DNA of 64,000 nucleotides. Origin: Macrostomum lignano. Lineage: Eukaryota. A program made the translations under genes and the position numbers. Numbering within the stretch: the first letter of the stretch is position 1; each line of letters starts with the position of its first letter. Below are positions 21,178 to 33,368 of the stretch, piece by piece. The DNA is taken from assembly GCA_002269645.1 (NCBI GenBank), contig NIVC01000551.1, positions 186,001-250,000 of the forward strand, given 5' to 3'. Under the pieces are notes generated by a model that did no database searches, was not told the DNA's origin, and worked only from the letters and a program-made list of their open reading frames with translations.

Positions 21178-22008
21178 GAGACAGGGGCGCCCACCAAGAG
21201 ACAGGGGCGCCCACCAAGAGACAGGGGCGCCCACCAAGAGACAGGGGCGCCCACCAAGAGACAGGGGCGCCCACCAAGAGACAGGGGCGCCCACCAAGAG
21301 ACAGGGGCGCCCACCAAGAGACAGGGGCGCTCAGCAAGAGACAGGGGGCGCCCACCAAGAGACAGGGGCGCCCACCAAGAGACAGGGGCGCCCACCAAGA
21401 GACAGGGGCGCCCACCAAGAGACAGGGGCGCTCAGCAAGAGACAGGGGGCGCCCACCAAGAGACAGGGGCGCCCACCAAGAGACAGGGGGCGCCCACCAA
21501 GAGACAGGGGCGCCCACCAAGAGACAGGGGCGCCCACCAAGAGACAGGGGCGCCCACCAAGAGACAGGGGCGCCCACCAAGAGACAGGGGCGCCCACCAA
21601 GAGACAGGGGCGCCCACCAAGAGACAGGGGCGCCCACCAAGAGACAGGGGCGCTCAGCAAGAGACAGGGGGCGCCCACCAAGAGACAGGGGCGCCCACCA
21701 AGAGACAGGGGCGCTCAGCAAGAGACAGGGGGCGCCCACCAAGAGACAGGGGCGCCTACCAAGAGACAGGGGCGCTCAGCAAGAGACAGGGGGCGCCCAC
21801 CAAGAGACAGGGGCGCCCACCAAGAGACAGGGGCGCCCACCAAGAGACAGGGGCGCCCACCAAGAGACAGGGGCGCCCACCAAGAGACAGGGATGCTTAC
21901 TAAGAGACAGGGGCGCCCACCAAGAGACAGGGGCGCCCACCAAGAGACAGGGGCACCCACCAAGAGACAGGGGCGCCCACCAAGAGACAGGGGCATCAAC
22001 CAAGAGAC
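21178..22008. repeat. 20-bp GC-rich minisatellite (GAGACAGGGGCGCCCACCAA), about 41 copies
   Basis: Exact 20-bp period at 21181-21320. It explains the ORF 21022..21903 and the antisense ORFs. Confidence 0.97.
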
Positions 22009-22565
22009 TAAAGACACTTAATTATTAAAAAAGAAGGCTCATTTAAGATAATGAATTAGTAAAAGTGTAAGTCGTTAAGCGAAAATTTAAAGTTGACCTG
22101 ACGAATACATTGACTAGGGCACTCGACGTTAAGTCGACTGCTGAATTGTTTCTAAGACCAACTGACATGTGAGCCGCATCTGAGTAGACGGAGAAAGTGA
22201 TATTTTTAGCAGACAATTTGCTCATCTACATCAAACAGCACTAGCCGACACTGTTGCTATAGTGATCAAAGATTTCTGCCGATTCAAAAACCATGCATGC
22301 AGCACGGTTGATGAACTCAGAAATACTCACATGACTTAGTTTACATGTAGCTTTAGCTCAATCAGCAAGCCGCTTAGCTTCAAATAGAACCGGCAAGCAA
22401 AAGCAAAATCGGCAAGTTGAAAGACAGTAAAATCAATTGAAATTCTTTGAGTCCCAGTTGGAAGCAATGAAGCAGCAACTTTTCTCTACCTATTTTGGCT
22501 ATATATTGTTCGACAATAAGTATCGCAGGGCTGTACAGACTCCGATCCGACCTTCCTACTCAAGG

Positions 22566-23300
22566 ATGACGCAGATCTCCAGACTACTCAATGCGCTGCT
22601 GATTCTTCAGTCAGTGACGGCTCCGTGCCCTGCTCCGTTTCAACTCGAATCCGGCAGGTGCGTGTTTGTTAAAATGGCCCACAATTACACCTGGTGCGAG
22701 GCCAATCAACGATGCCAGGAGATGGGAGGCGAGCTGTTGAACCAGTACGAATCGCTGAAGTTGCTGCACCAGATGCCCAGCGTGAGCTGCACTCACTGCA
22801 AGCTGTGGTTCGGACTGAGCGACCTGGCCGATGAGAGAGACACCAAAAGGGGAGGCTGGCAGCGGATTAATGACAATGGAAAGCTGCCTTACGACGCCTC
22901 ACTGTGGTACACTGGCATGCCAAGCAGCGTTGGCAACCAAGACTGCATCGCCAGCTCCTCGTACACAGTGAAATTCATTGATAACGACTGCTCGAACTTG
23001 CGCGGATTCGCCTGCGAGTACGTGGACCCGGAGGCGTCTCCAGCGGTGGATTTCTGCAAGGCCAAATGGAAGCAGACTGAGTTTAGGCAGACCAGCTACA
23101 ACCCGAGCGGCAAGTACTGCTTCAAGGATGTCCCGGTGGACACCCTGGCGCAGTGCATAATGGCCGCGACTGCTGACCGAAGCGCGAGGCGCGTGTTGTA
23201 CAACACCAAGACGAACAAGTGCCGTCTGCTGCTGTTCACAGATGCTCAGGTGGAGCAGTGGATCGAGACTGGAGCCAACTGGGTCAAATACAGCCTTTGA
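22566..23300 (+). CDS. Secreted C-type lectin domain protein with a C-terminal PAN/apple-like segment; intronless, 244 aa
   Basis: ATG at 22566 starts a signal-like MTQISRLLNALLILQSVTA. CTLD pattern WCEANQRC..GGEL, WFGLSD, NQDC, DNDC..FACE. Then C..TLAQC..YN..TNKC. Confidence 0.85.
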   Translation: MTQISRLLNALLILQSVTAPCPAPFQLESGRCVFVKMAHNYTWCEANQRCQEMGGELLNQYESLKLLHQMPSVSCTHCKLWFGLSDLADERDTKRGGWQRINDNGKLPYDASLWYTGMPSSVGNQDCIASSSYTVKFIDNDCSNLRGFACEYVDPEASPAVDFCKAKWKQTEFRQTSYNPSGKYCFKDVPVDTLAQCIMAATADRSARRVLYNTKTNKCRLLLFTDAQVEQWIETGANWVKYSL

Positions 23301-24679
23301 TGGATGATGAGATTAACCGTTTAATAACATTTCCGAAACATAATGTTAGATTTTTCAAGTACTCTTATTCTTGAAGAAAAACCTACTTTGCTATTGAAGT
23401 CTACGGTACAATGGGGTGGGACTTTAAAGTAACAAATGAAACATTGATGAAAACACATCTTTTCTAGAACTTTACGTAAATAAATACATAAACCCTATTA
23501 TAACGTTTGTAACGGGTACTACAGTACATTAATCCTAAAATGCACCAATGAGAGGTTCACAACAAAAATTTTGTAGCTTACAGGTAAGAAATTGTTTTGC
23601 TTTGGTACCTGATTTGGTCTTTCTTATATCGCATTAAAGTTAGAATTTGTTTCAAAAATATTGTCTTCAACGACTTCAATGTCCTTGTTACTCTACTAAA
23701 GCATCGAGCAGTAGTGTAGTTAGCGATTTATAACCAAGTAGCTAATAATACAGCAGTAAAAAATTACTCGTGGAGTATTTGCTCTCCAAAAACGAGCTGG
23801 GCGTAATACGCGTTTATGGAAATGCAATTGAGCACAAGCTGAAAGAAGAGCCAAACAAGTACACTCACATTGTACTCACAGGAAACAACACTTTTTTAAT
23901 TGTGTCCAATATTTTTAGAGGCGGCGTCTGCTTTATTTTTAGATAAGGAAAAACCAGATTAAAATTCATCGTGTTTGTATTTCCCAGCGATAATGCCGTC
24001 TCTCTCATAGTCTTTCGTGAAGCTTGAAAACAAGCTTGCAAAGGAAACGAAGGAGTTCAACTCTAATTATTTAATTACCATAGATCAGGGGGTCAGAGAA
24101 GGGGGAGGAGTAGAAGGGATAGAGAAGAGGGAAGAGAGATATGAGACAGGTGAGAGAATAAAGAAGAAGAGAGAAGAGAGGAGACGAGAGGAGGAATCGA
24201 AACCGAAAAAGGGGAGAGGAGAAGAGAGGAGAGAAGAGGGCTGAGAAGAGACAAAAACCTTGAGCGAGTGCTATTGTGAAGTTTCAAAAAACCCGAGAGC
24301 CGGGTAGAGAATCTTCGCGGGTTGCATGTGGCCTGCGGGCCGAAGTTTGCGGGCCCCTGCACAGCTCAAAATCAAGCATACGTGAGATCCTTCTAAGTAT
24401 ATATTTACTCATGATATTTCTCACAATTTTGGCAATGTGGTTTGACGTGGTAAATCTATTCAATGCTTTGCTTGCCAGACTTACTTTTGCAAAGGCAAGA
24501 CTTAAAAAATTCTTTTGAGTGGTTTTGCCCGAATCGCAGACAAGTGCCTTTTTAAAGACCCATCGCCACTGTGTTGTAACTGACAAACGTACCATCAACT
24601 CTTTAGTGACCCCAAGAGAGACACTCGCTGCTGTTACAAACGCTGTTGTATTCTGCGGTTTGTATCTGTTGCTTGTGTC

Positions 24680-24780
24680 AACAACAAAAATAACAACAAC
24701 AACAACAACAAAATACGCTGTCACGATTTCTAGAAAGCTGCGTCACTGGGCGCACTTCTGGGCCAGGTCGCCAATCAGAA
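24680..24780 (-). mobile_element. Very short 3' end of the RTE-type LINE with (TTG)n tail
   Basis: Reverse complement GCGACCTGGCCCAGAAGTGCGC...GCGTATTTTGTTGTTGTTG matches 13690-13740. Confidence 0.65.
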
Positions 24781-24914
24781 GCTGTTCTGGGGTGTCAGTG
24801 ACTTAGGCTTTTCTGTTAACTCGAAACGAGAGTTTGGCTCCTTCAGAGATTCCCTTTTATAGAAAAAGGTCAGATCCAGTATTGTACGATGAATAGACTC
24901 GTTTATGATCCGAA

Positions 24915-25218
24915 ACAAAACGGTGACCTCTACCCTCTTGGATTTCACCTAAGGCGGGTTACTCACCCCACTGATCTGGAACCTCGTGATGGACGAACTC
25001 CTGACGGCTGACGTCCCCAGCAGCATCGTAAAAAGCCGATTTTGCTGGTTACGCTGATGATGTTGCAGCTATTGTCAGTGGCCCCAACACAAGCACTCTC
25101 CGGAACTTGATGCAGCAGTTCGCCGATAAGGCGCAAACCTAGGCCACCCGGCATGGTCTAACTATCAGCACCCGATAAGACTGTGGCCATTATCTTCACC
25201 AGGTAGCGGAAGTGGAGC
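24915..25218 (+). pseudogene. Reverse transcriptase fragment related to the LOA/R1-type LINE at 29413..35293
   Basis: RTVTSTLL..GGLLTPLIWNLVMDELL..GYADDVAAIVSGPNTSTLRNLMQ..KTVAIIFT (with stops and frameshifts) aligns with ORF2 GGVLTPTLWNLVMDALL..GYADDVTAIVAGPSPSTLRDLMQ..KTVAIMFT. Confidence 0.85.
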
Positions 25219-25408
25219 ATGCGGGGGCCGTCGTCTGCGATGATGGACAGCGATGGGTTTGGTCTGAGGACGTCCGCCCGGATGTCTGCGTGTGTCGGGC
25301 ATTGGTTTATGAGGTGTTCAAGGTCCTCCTCGGCTTTGCCGCATTCTGGGCAGGTCGCAGATAGCTCCAGTCCGATGCGGTGGCGATATTTGCGGAGGCG
25401 GGGCCGGT
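25215..25408 (-). pseudogene. C-terminal zinc-knuckle fragment of a non-LTR retrotransposon ORF2
   Basis: Translates TGPRLRKYRHRIGLELSATCPECGKAEEDLEHLINQCP (C-x2-C-x8-H-x4-C). Confidence 0.7.
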
Positions 25409-25800
25409 AGCAGCGATCGGTAAAGCGCGTCCAAGGCTCGCTCTCGCGTTTCGGTCAGCGGCACAGCCTCCATGCCGTACAGCAGGATCGGCTCTACGGC
25501 CGCGCGGAACAGGCGCATCTTCAGGTCGTCTCTGGCAGCTGGATTGAAGGCGTTCCTGAGGAGGTGCGCGGCACGCCAGGCCTGGTTCCTCCTGTCGGAG
25601 ACAATCGCATCGGGGCTCATCACCAGGGCGCCGAGGTACCAGAAGTCCTCGCACACCGCGATACGGTCTCCATTGGGCAGCGTGAGAGTTGGGGCGGTAT
25701 TCGTGCCCACGTGCAGCGCCTCCGTCTTGCGAGCGTTCACCAGCAGCCAAACACGGGCACCCTCGTCGCAGAGCCTTGTGAGATCGCGCTGCTATTCGTA
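25409..25800 (-). pseudogene. RTE-type RT C-terminal fragment
   Basis: VNARKTEAL..YLG..DRRNQAWRA..KMRLFRAAVEPILLYGMEAVPLT..LDALYRSLL. Confidence 0.8.
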
Positions 25801-26095
25801 GTACCTCAAAAAGTAAGTAACCCGAAAGGATGTTCGATCATGCATAACGACTGCCTGTCTCATTTGTATATTAAAAATTGTGTGCCAAAATTTCTAAAAA
25901 TTATTGCTACGATTTTGAACGACCCATGTTTAAATCTGAAAATGACGCTGGACTCAAAAATTGAACAAGGTACAGCTCCTAGTTAAGGAATATACGCTCG
26001 TATACGTATCAAGACACAGCGAAAGATGCTAGCATATTGTTAAGAATCTGTCTTAAGAAGCTTGAAATTTTTTATCATCCATCGTATAAGATCGA

Positions 26096-26480
26096 ATGGC
26101 AAACCAGTGCTGTCAGAAGTCAAATTGCAAGGCATGTGCGAATGTGTAAGTGATTTGATTTGATTGCCGGTAGCTACAGTGCTACATACTGCTATTCGGT
26201 ATCTCAATTAGAGGCAATGCATGATACTGATCTTATCAATCCACTTCTTTCCTATTGAAGGTACTCGTATTGTGACTTTTCTTAAATTTGTTCTGTCCTT
26301 TCTTTCCTTTCTGCCAGAAGGAAAACCAATCCTAATGTGTGCTGCCAGCATCCGAATTGCGAGTAAGTCGATCATCTGTTTTAACAGCCGGAGTGCATTA
26401 ATTACTAATAAATATCTAGGAGAGGTCAAGTGCGTTTCTACAAGTACATTTTTATTCGAAAGATCTCGTTTGATGCGGTA
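26096..26480 (+). CDS. Candidate small Cys-rich gene A1; exons 26096-26145 and 26318-26362; third acceptor altered (truncated or pseudogenic)
   Basis: MANQCCQKSNCKACAN-GT|GTAAGT ... CCAG|A-RKTNPNVCCQHPNC-GA|GTAAGT, phase-compatible. Confidence 0.55.
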
Positions 26481-27509
26481 AAATATTGCTGTCTAAAATA
26501 TCACAGCTTGCTGTGTTGGTACATATACAGTGTTTCAATTCTTTTTCAGAGGCTGCGGTAACCGTTAATCCAATTGGCAACGCTCCTGGCTGCTGGCTGC
26601 TTTGTTTTAAATAAACACTTTGTTTACCAGTCGAGAGCAAACAGTTTTCATTAAAGACTTTTGTTCAATTTCTAACAGCTGATCTACAGTAACCACCAAT
26701 GCACGAGAGACCCCATCCCTGCACCCAAAAGTAATGCCTGAGTAATATAAAAGCGGAAACTCTGTCTTATTCCCTATATTGAGCTTAAAATTACCTTGAT
26801 ACCAAAGCATTCTTCAATTATTTGTTTATCTTCCTTGTAATCGCTGTTAAGTTTAACAAAGATACGCGCTCGCACTATAAAACAATCAAAAATTAAATTT
26901 AACAGCAACTTAGGTTCGTGCACAGCTGAGATTTCAACCATTTTAAATATTTTTATTTGCTTCTGTGATTTAGTCTGCGCAAACTTTTTATTCAAATATT
27001 TCCGTGAGCCGATTTCTTAGAATTCATAAAATACATGGATGGATTACCTACTCCCCACCCAGAATCTCAGTAAAACTGATGGATTTACGATCTTATCCAA
27101 TGCCTTTCGATGTCTTTCGTCTTTGCCAAGTGCTTGCTGGCTCAAGCCTTTGTCTAAAATTTGAGAAGACGTCAGTTATAAATTAAGATCAGTATAAGTA
27201 CCTGATGTGAGCGCAAGAGAGACGAAAGCTGCAATAGACCAAATTGAAATGTCGCCTAGGTATGGCAATGATTCCAAGTGCATTATTGCGAGGTCGAATG
27301 ACCAAAAAAGCAATTTGCTCAGCTCACTATTTTGTATTGCTGCAAAATGATGAATTTGGCATGTAGCTGGTAGATGCTACCAGCAAAAAGTAAGGAATTG
27401 CCTTGTAGGGGCTATGTACCTGTACGAACTATCGTATATGAGTACATTTACCGTTCGACAATGTACTCGTAGCTGAACTTCTTTTTCAGCGTGAGTGTTT
27501 CAATTAAGT

Positions 27510-28250
27510 GTCAGTAGTGTGACTCTCCCAGTGTCAGTATGACTCTCCCAGTGTCAGTGTGACTCTCCCAGTGTCAGTGTAACTCACTATCCCAGTGTCA
27601 GTGTGACTCTCCCAGTGTCAGTGTGACTCTCCCAGTGTCAGTGTGACTCTCCCAGTGTCAGTGTGACTCTCCCAGTGTCAGTAGTGTGACTCTCCCAGTG
27701 TCAGTAGTGTGACTCTCCCAGTGTCAGTAGTGTGACTCTCCCAGTGTCAGTAGTGTGACTATCCCAGTGTCAGTGTGACTCTCCCAGTGTCAGTGTGACT
27801 CTCCCAGTGTCAGTGTGACTCTCCCAGTGTCATTGTGACTCTTCCAGTGTCAGTGTGACTCTCCCAGTGTCATTGTGACTCTTCCAGTGTCAGTGTGACT
27901 CAGTGTGATTCTCCCAGTGTCAGTGTGACTCTCCCAGTGTCATTGTGACTCTCCCAGTGTCTGTGTGACTCTTCCAGTGTCAGTGTGACTCAGTGTGACT
28001 CAGTGTGACTCTCCCAGTGTCAGTGTGACTCTCCCAGTGTCATTGTGACTCTTCCAGTGTCAGTGTGACTCTCCCAGTGTCATTGTGACTCTTCCAGTGT
28101 CAGTGTGACTCAGTGTGATTCTCCCAGTGTCAGTGTGACTCTCCCAGTGTCATTGTGACTCTCCCAGTGTCTGTGTGACTCTTCCAGGGTCAGTGTGACT
28201 CAGTGTGACTCAGTGTGACTCTCCCTGTGTCTGTGTGACTCTTGTGACTC
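27510..28250. repeat. 20-bp minisatellite (GTGTGACTCTCCCAGTGTCA)
   Basis: Direct inspection. Orthologous arrays at 51120 and 56225. Confidence 0.95.
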
Positions 28251-28779
28251 TACCTCTTCTCTGAAGTCCATTAACAACTGCAGAATAGAGCAACTGATTC
28301 TTGGTCGATGAAAATGCGTTTAAAAGTTCATTTAGAAACGCCAGGAGTCTCGGTGTAAGTGCTCACCTCATACTCGAACTAGCACGAGTGTTAAGCCTAG
28401 ATGAATTCTACTTCCACGACCTTGTTACTAAGTTATAATTTGACAAAACGTGTGCTCTAAATTAAGATTTGCACAGAATAAACTCATAGCATTAATGGAG
28501 AAAAAGCAAAGTGGCCGTCGGTTACGTGTCGATTATTTATGGCACAAGTAACAGCTGGAGCCAACTCATTGATGCAAGATGATGAGCATCGAATGAAATG
28601 ATCTTAGACAAAAATGAGACTCGGCAACAGAACGCTGAGGTACTACCGTGTGGGGTCCATCTAAGGCTATATTTATTGCTGTTACAGTAAATACAGTACC
28701 GCTACAGTGCAGTAAAATTCGAAATTTTGCCTTTGACGAATAACTCTCACGAGAGGTTCACGGATCATTTCCATTCATC

Positions 28780-28823
28780 ATGGAGTGTTGCCAGGTGCAG
28801 AACTGCTCTGATTGCAAAAGGCT
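28780..28823 (+). CDS. Candidate first micro-exon of Cys-rich gene A2 (MECCQVQNCSDCKR); downstream exons not found before the satellite and LINE
   Basis: ATG, CC-x4-C-x2-C, phase-2 donor GTAAGT. Paralogous to 52115 and 57452. Confidence 0.5.
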
Positions 28824-28950
28824 GTAAGTTTCGAACTTGCAAATTTGGGATAGCTATATTCTCCCACTGCTCAAGGCTGTAACTTAAGCATACGAGTACA
28901 TTATCCTTACCAATAAAGCATCCCTAAAAAGTATTCTATATTTTTCAGGT

Positions 28951-29412
28951 CTATCTATCATACTCATTTTGGCACCACTATCATACTCATTTTGGCACCA
29001 CTATCATACTCATTTTGGCACCACTATCATACTCATTTTGGCACCACTATCACACTCAGTTTGGCACCACTATCACACTCATTTTGGCGCCACTATCACA
29101 CTCATTTTGGCACCACTATCACCCTCATTTTGGCACCACTATCACACTCATTTTGGCACCACTATCACCCTCATTTTGGCACCACTGTCGCACTCATTTG
29201 GCACCACTATCACACTCATTTTGGTCTCACTGTAACACTCATTTTGGCAACACTATCACACTCATTTTGGCACCACTATCACACTCATTTTGGCGTCACT
29301 ATCACACTCATTTTGGTCTCACTGTAACACTGATTTTGGCACCACTATCACACTCATTTTGGCACTACTATCACACTAATTTTGGCACCACTATTACACT
29401 CATTTTGGCACC
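28951..29412. repeat. 23-bp satellite (CACTATCACACTCATTTTGGCAC), left part
   Basis: Direct inspection. The same unit resumes at 35294. Confidence 0.97.
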
Positions 29413-29533
29413 TTGACTTACTTGACTTAGCTGCAGGGCTGTCCCGGAGGGGACACAGCGGGAAGGCGCGGGCGCCCATTCCGCAAATCCCTGAACGGCC
29501 GACGCGTCGCTATGGACGGAGGTTTGGCGCCGC

Positions 29534-32500
29534 TCAGGGAGGTCCCCCAGTGTCGCCAGCAGCTATGGTGCTCTCTGGAAAGGAGAGTTCAGCCCTGCGG
29601 GTGGCCCGAAGGTAGCGCATGAGCTGATTAAAGTTTTCGGGTTTGCACGCTTCAGTAATAGATGTGTGTGGCCCGAGGTAAGTGAGTCTGGCCCGCGTTA
29701 AGGCGGGACAGATGCTGACGAAATGCTCAGCAGTTTCGTCACCTGAGTTGCAGAAACTACAGGTGGCGTTGGTGGCGTTGCCCTGCAGGTACTGGTGCCT
29801 GGAGAAGCAGCCGTGACCAGAGAGGGTCATGGTGGCAGCCCGGATGTCTCTGCGCGAGAGGCGCAAGAGGAGCTTCCAGAGCTGGTGAGAGGGCTGAGGG
29901 ACAGCGCCTCTGGATTGCCTGCAGTTCGTGCGGTTCGCCCAAGTCGAGCGGTGCTGAGTCCTGATCCACGCTTTGATGCGCGAGTCGATGACACAGCCAG
30001 GAATCGGGACAAGAGGTTCGGGGCCGAGAGAGGAGCCGGAGGCACCAACTTTTGCAAGGGTGTCAGCCAACTCATTTCCTCGGATCCCCACATGCCCCGG
30101 AACCCACTTAAGGTAATTTTGTTGGTGGAACCCAACACGTTGAGAAGTTTGATACAGTCGAGGACTGTAGCAGAGTTGGTGCTGCAGCCACTGATGGCGT
30201 GCAAGGCAGCTTGGCTGTCCGAATGGAAAATGATGTTCTTGCCAATAACGCCAGTGGCGAGAAGCTCTGCAGTGCAGGAGCTGATGGCCAGAACTTCATT
30301 TTGGAAAACACTGGAGTTTACCCCAGTGTATTGAGCGTGGGTAGCGATGACCCTCCCGTTCAGAAAGATTCCAACACCAAAGCCGGTGTTGGCTGACTGC
30401 TTAGAACCGTCGGTGTAGCTCACCAAGGTTCCATTGGTCATTGATGTTATCGCGCGAGTCGATAGCTACGGAGTAGCGCTGTCTCAGGTTGAGCGTTGAG
30501 GCAATGCCATCGGTGAAGACGCGATTGGCCTGACACTCGTTGAGAAAGTTGAGGCACAGGTCGCTATGCGGGGCAAGGTTCCGCTTAGCAGGTGCTCTCA
30601 TGTAAATGAATTTGACGCCGGCATCAATTAGACGCCGCGTCGTTCTAGCCGCCTCACCCCTGACGAAGAGGTCAAGAGGCGGTAGATTAAGGAAGGCCCC
30701 CATGCCAGCAAAGGGCGTGGACCTGGTGGCGTTGCAGATGAGCCTACACGCTCTGCCTTGGATCGTGTTGAGCAGGTCTGCATGGCTTTTGACCTGGGTA
30801 GCGCTAACCCAGACAACAGAGGCGTACGTAATGGCAGGTCTAACTACGGAAGTATAGATCCACCAAAGCCGCTTTGGGGATAGACCCCAAGAAGTGCCAA
30901 GTGCTCGTCGGAGCTGGGCCAGGATGGCCGAGGCACGCTTGGCTTTTGCTTTCACGTGGAAGGACCAGTTGAGCCGGTGGTCAAGTATGACCCCGAGACA
31001 TCTGGTCTGGTGCGCGAAGGCAATATCTCTGCCGTAGAGCTGCAGAGGACGTATGTTCCAGCGTAGTCTGCTGGTAAACATAATGGCAACGGTTTTGGGC
31101 TCAGAGAGTTCCAGACCATTGTCATTGGCCCAGGATTCTGCTTTGCGGATAAAGCTCTGCATCAGATCCCTGAGCGTGCTGGGAGACGGTCCTGCCACAA
31201 TGGCCGTGACGTCATCAGCATACCCGACTTTGAAGACGGGGTCGGGTCGTGAGTCACTCAGAAGAGCGTCCATGACCAGGTTCCAGAGCGTCGGGGTGAG
31301 GACTCCGCCTTGGGGTCCACCCTTACAGACTCTGGTGGAGGCAGTTTGCCCAAGAAGTTGGGCAGTGACCGTACGGTTGGAGATCATGTACATGATCCAC
31401 CGTATGAGGGTAGCATAAGCTTTGCGATTTTGAAGGGCCCTCTGAAACACTTCAAAAATAACGTTGTCGAAGGCGCCAACAATGTCAAGAAAGAGAGCCA
31501 GAGCGTAACCGTCACCCAGTACCGCCCGTTCAATCTTCTCGACAATCGCATGCAGGGCGCTGTCAGTCGACCTCCCGGTACGGAAGGCGTGCTGATTATT
31601 GCTGAGGGGCATCGCTGTCAGCTCGCAGGACAGCAGCCGCCAGAGAATAAGCCTCTCAGTGAGCTTAAGCATTGCTGACGTTAAGCTAATAGGCCGGAAG
31701 GCCTTGACGCTTTGGTAGTCACCCTTCCCAGGTTTGGGAATAAAGACTACCCGAGCTTCAGTCCAGCATTTGGGAACGTATCCCAGTTGGATAGAGGTCC
31801 GCATAAGATTGCGGGTGAGTCTCAGGAACGAGGGTATCTTGGCTGCTTCACGAAAGAGGACAGGGTAGATACCATCAGGTCCAGGAGATTTGAAGGGTTT
31901 GAAGGTTCTGACCGCACGAGCGATTAGGTCTTCAGTGACAATGCCCGCCGCTAGGGTGGCTCCATCCATCGAATGGTTGGGCTCCGGTCTAGCAGTAGGT
32001 ACCCTCGGGAAGAATGTGCTGAGTAAATGCTGAAGCACTTCTTCAGGGTCTTTAGTAAGAGAGCCATCATCTTTTTTGATCATGGCTAATTTGGACATTT
32101 TGTCCATTGTAAGGGCCTTGACAAGCCTAGAAGTAGGTCTGTCTTGATCCAATTCATTGCAGAATTGGCGCCACTTACATTCCTTGGCCTTGCGCACTTC
32201 AGATTTGAAATTGCGGGAGGCTTGCCGGAAAAGCTCCATGTCCTCCGAATTTCCGGTCTTCATGGCACGGCGATGAAGGCTTTTGGCCTTCCGCCTGAGT
32301 TTCCCCAGCTCTGGGTTCCACCACGGCGCCGAGGTCTTGCCTTTGTAGGCGCGAGCAGGACAAGCCGCTTCGTAGGCTGCAATAATGCAACCTGTCAGCG
32401 TCTCAGCCATATGATCCACATCCTCGCAGGTCTCAATCGGACGTAAGTCCGTGAGTTCCTGCAGGTGCAGATCAAGGGCAGCCTTGTAGGCCGCCCAATC

Positions 32501-33241
32501 AGTGTTGCGGATATTGCGCCTCCAAGTGATCGGAGACTGGGTTTTAGTGTCCGCGATGTTAAAGACGATAAAGCAGTGGTCGGACAGGGAGGGCTCCTCA
32601 GACCAGACTCTCCACTCCTCAACTCTGTCAAAGAGTCTTGGGGTAACGAGTGTGGCGTCGAGGACCTCGGTCCATCTGCCATTATTAAAAGTAGGAGTGC
32701 TGCCGCGGTTGCAGAGCATGAGGTTTGTGTTAGAGATGAGGGCCAGAAGCTCCTCTCCTCTAGTGTTGGTATCTTTCCTGCCCCAGTGCTTGTGGTGCGC
32801 GTTGAGGTCGCCCCCTAAGCACAGCTCAGCGTTCTGGGACTCGCAGCACTGCGCAAGGCGCAGTAAACTCTCGGGAGCAGGGTCTCTGTCGCCTGGGATA
32901 TAAACCGAGGCAACGAGACGCGTACGCGGAGAGAGATGATTAGATTGGATGACGCAAAGGTCTCCATCAGAGAGATCAGTCCTCAGCCAAGCCTGGAGAT
33001 GGCTAGCAGCGAGGATAGCCGCTCTAGGGCGGCTGTTCCCCGGGCCACACACATAAAAATCAGAGTAGCCAGAGGGAATGTTGGGCAACTTACCGTTGCG
33101 CATCCAGGGTTCCTGGATCAGGATGAGGCCTGGCCTGTACAGCTCAGCAATCTTCATCAGATTTACTGACGCAGATACGCAATGCTGTAGATTTATTTGC
33201 AGACAGAATGTCGCTCCTTTGGCAGCGTGGAGCTTAGTCAT
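29534..33241 (-). CDS. LINE ORF2 (endonuclease, reverse transcriptase, RNase H, zinc knuckle), broken by two frameshifts near 30420 and 30110
   Basis: LQINLQH, IQEPW, GDLNAHH, SDH (APE). KSPGPDG, FRPISL, GPQGGVLTP, YADD (RT). YTDGS, E, SDSQA, WVPGHVGIRGNELAD (RNase H). CSFC..ETAEHF..C. Confidence 0.92.
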
Positions 33242-33368
33242 ACTGTATTAAATGCAAAGTTTGGCTAGAGCCCCGGGCCATCAAGGAGACTTGGACAACA
33301 GATCGTCCTCGTCCCAGGCCGCTGGGGCTTGACTGGGAGATGGGAGTTGGTCGACGTCCATGGCCTCC

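Larger units (their letters stand above)
26050..28850 (+). repeat. Segmental duplication copy A (homologous to about 50010-52200 and 54770-57560, all same orientation)
   Basis: Shared unique blocks include CAGAATCTCAGTAAAACTGATGGATTTA, GAAGTCCATTAACAA.TGCAGAATAGAG and CAGTACCGCTACAGTGCAGTAAAATTCGAAATTTTG. All copies carry the 20-bp satellite at the same position. Confidence 0.9.

Noticed and set aside
24086-24359. Complete hAT MITE (CAGGGG...CCCCTG)
   Set aside because: The right end resembles a hAT subterminal motif, but the 8-bp flanks do not match and the interior is GA low-complexity sequence.
27050-28660. Multi-exon - strand gene inside the triplicated segment (48-nt GT-AG intron at 27201-27154, conservative substitutions in SFDLAIMHLESLPY..DKGLSQQALGK)
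   Set aside because: Every copy has different frameshifts or stops and no continuous frame can be built. It may be an old pseudogene or a spliced ncRNA, but is not supportable as a CDS.
28824-28990. Splicing of exon A2 into the 23-bp satellite via TTTTCAG at about 28949
   Set aside because: The homologous position in copy C is intronic, so the acceptor-like site next to the array is likely coincidental.
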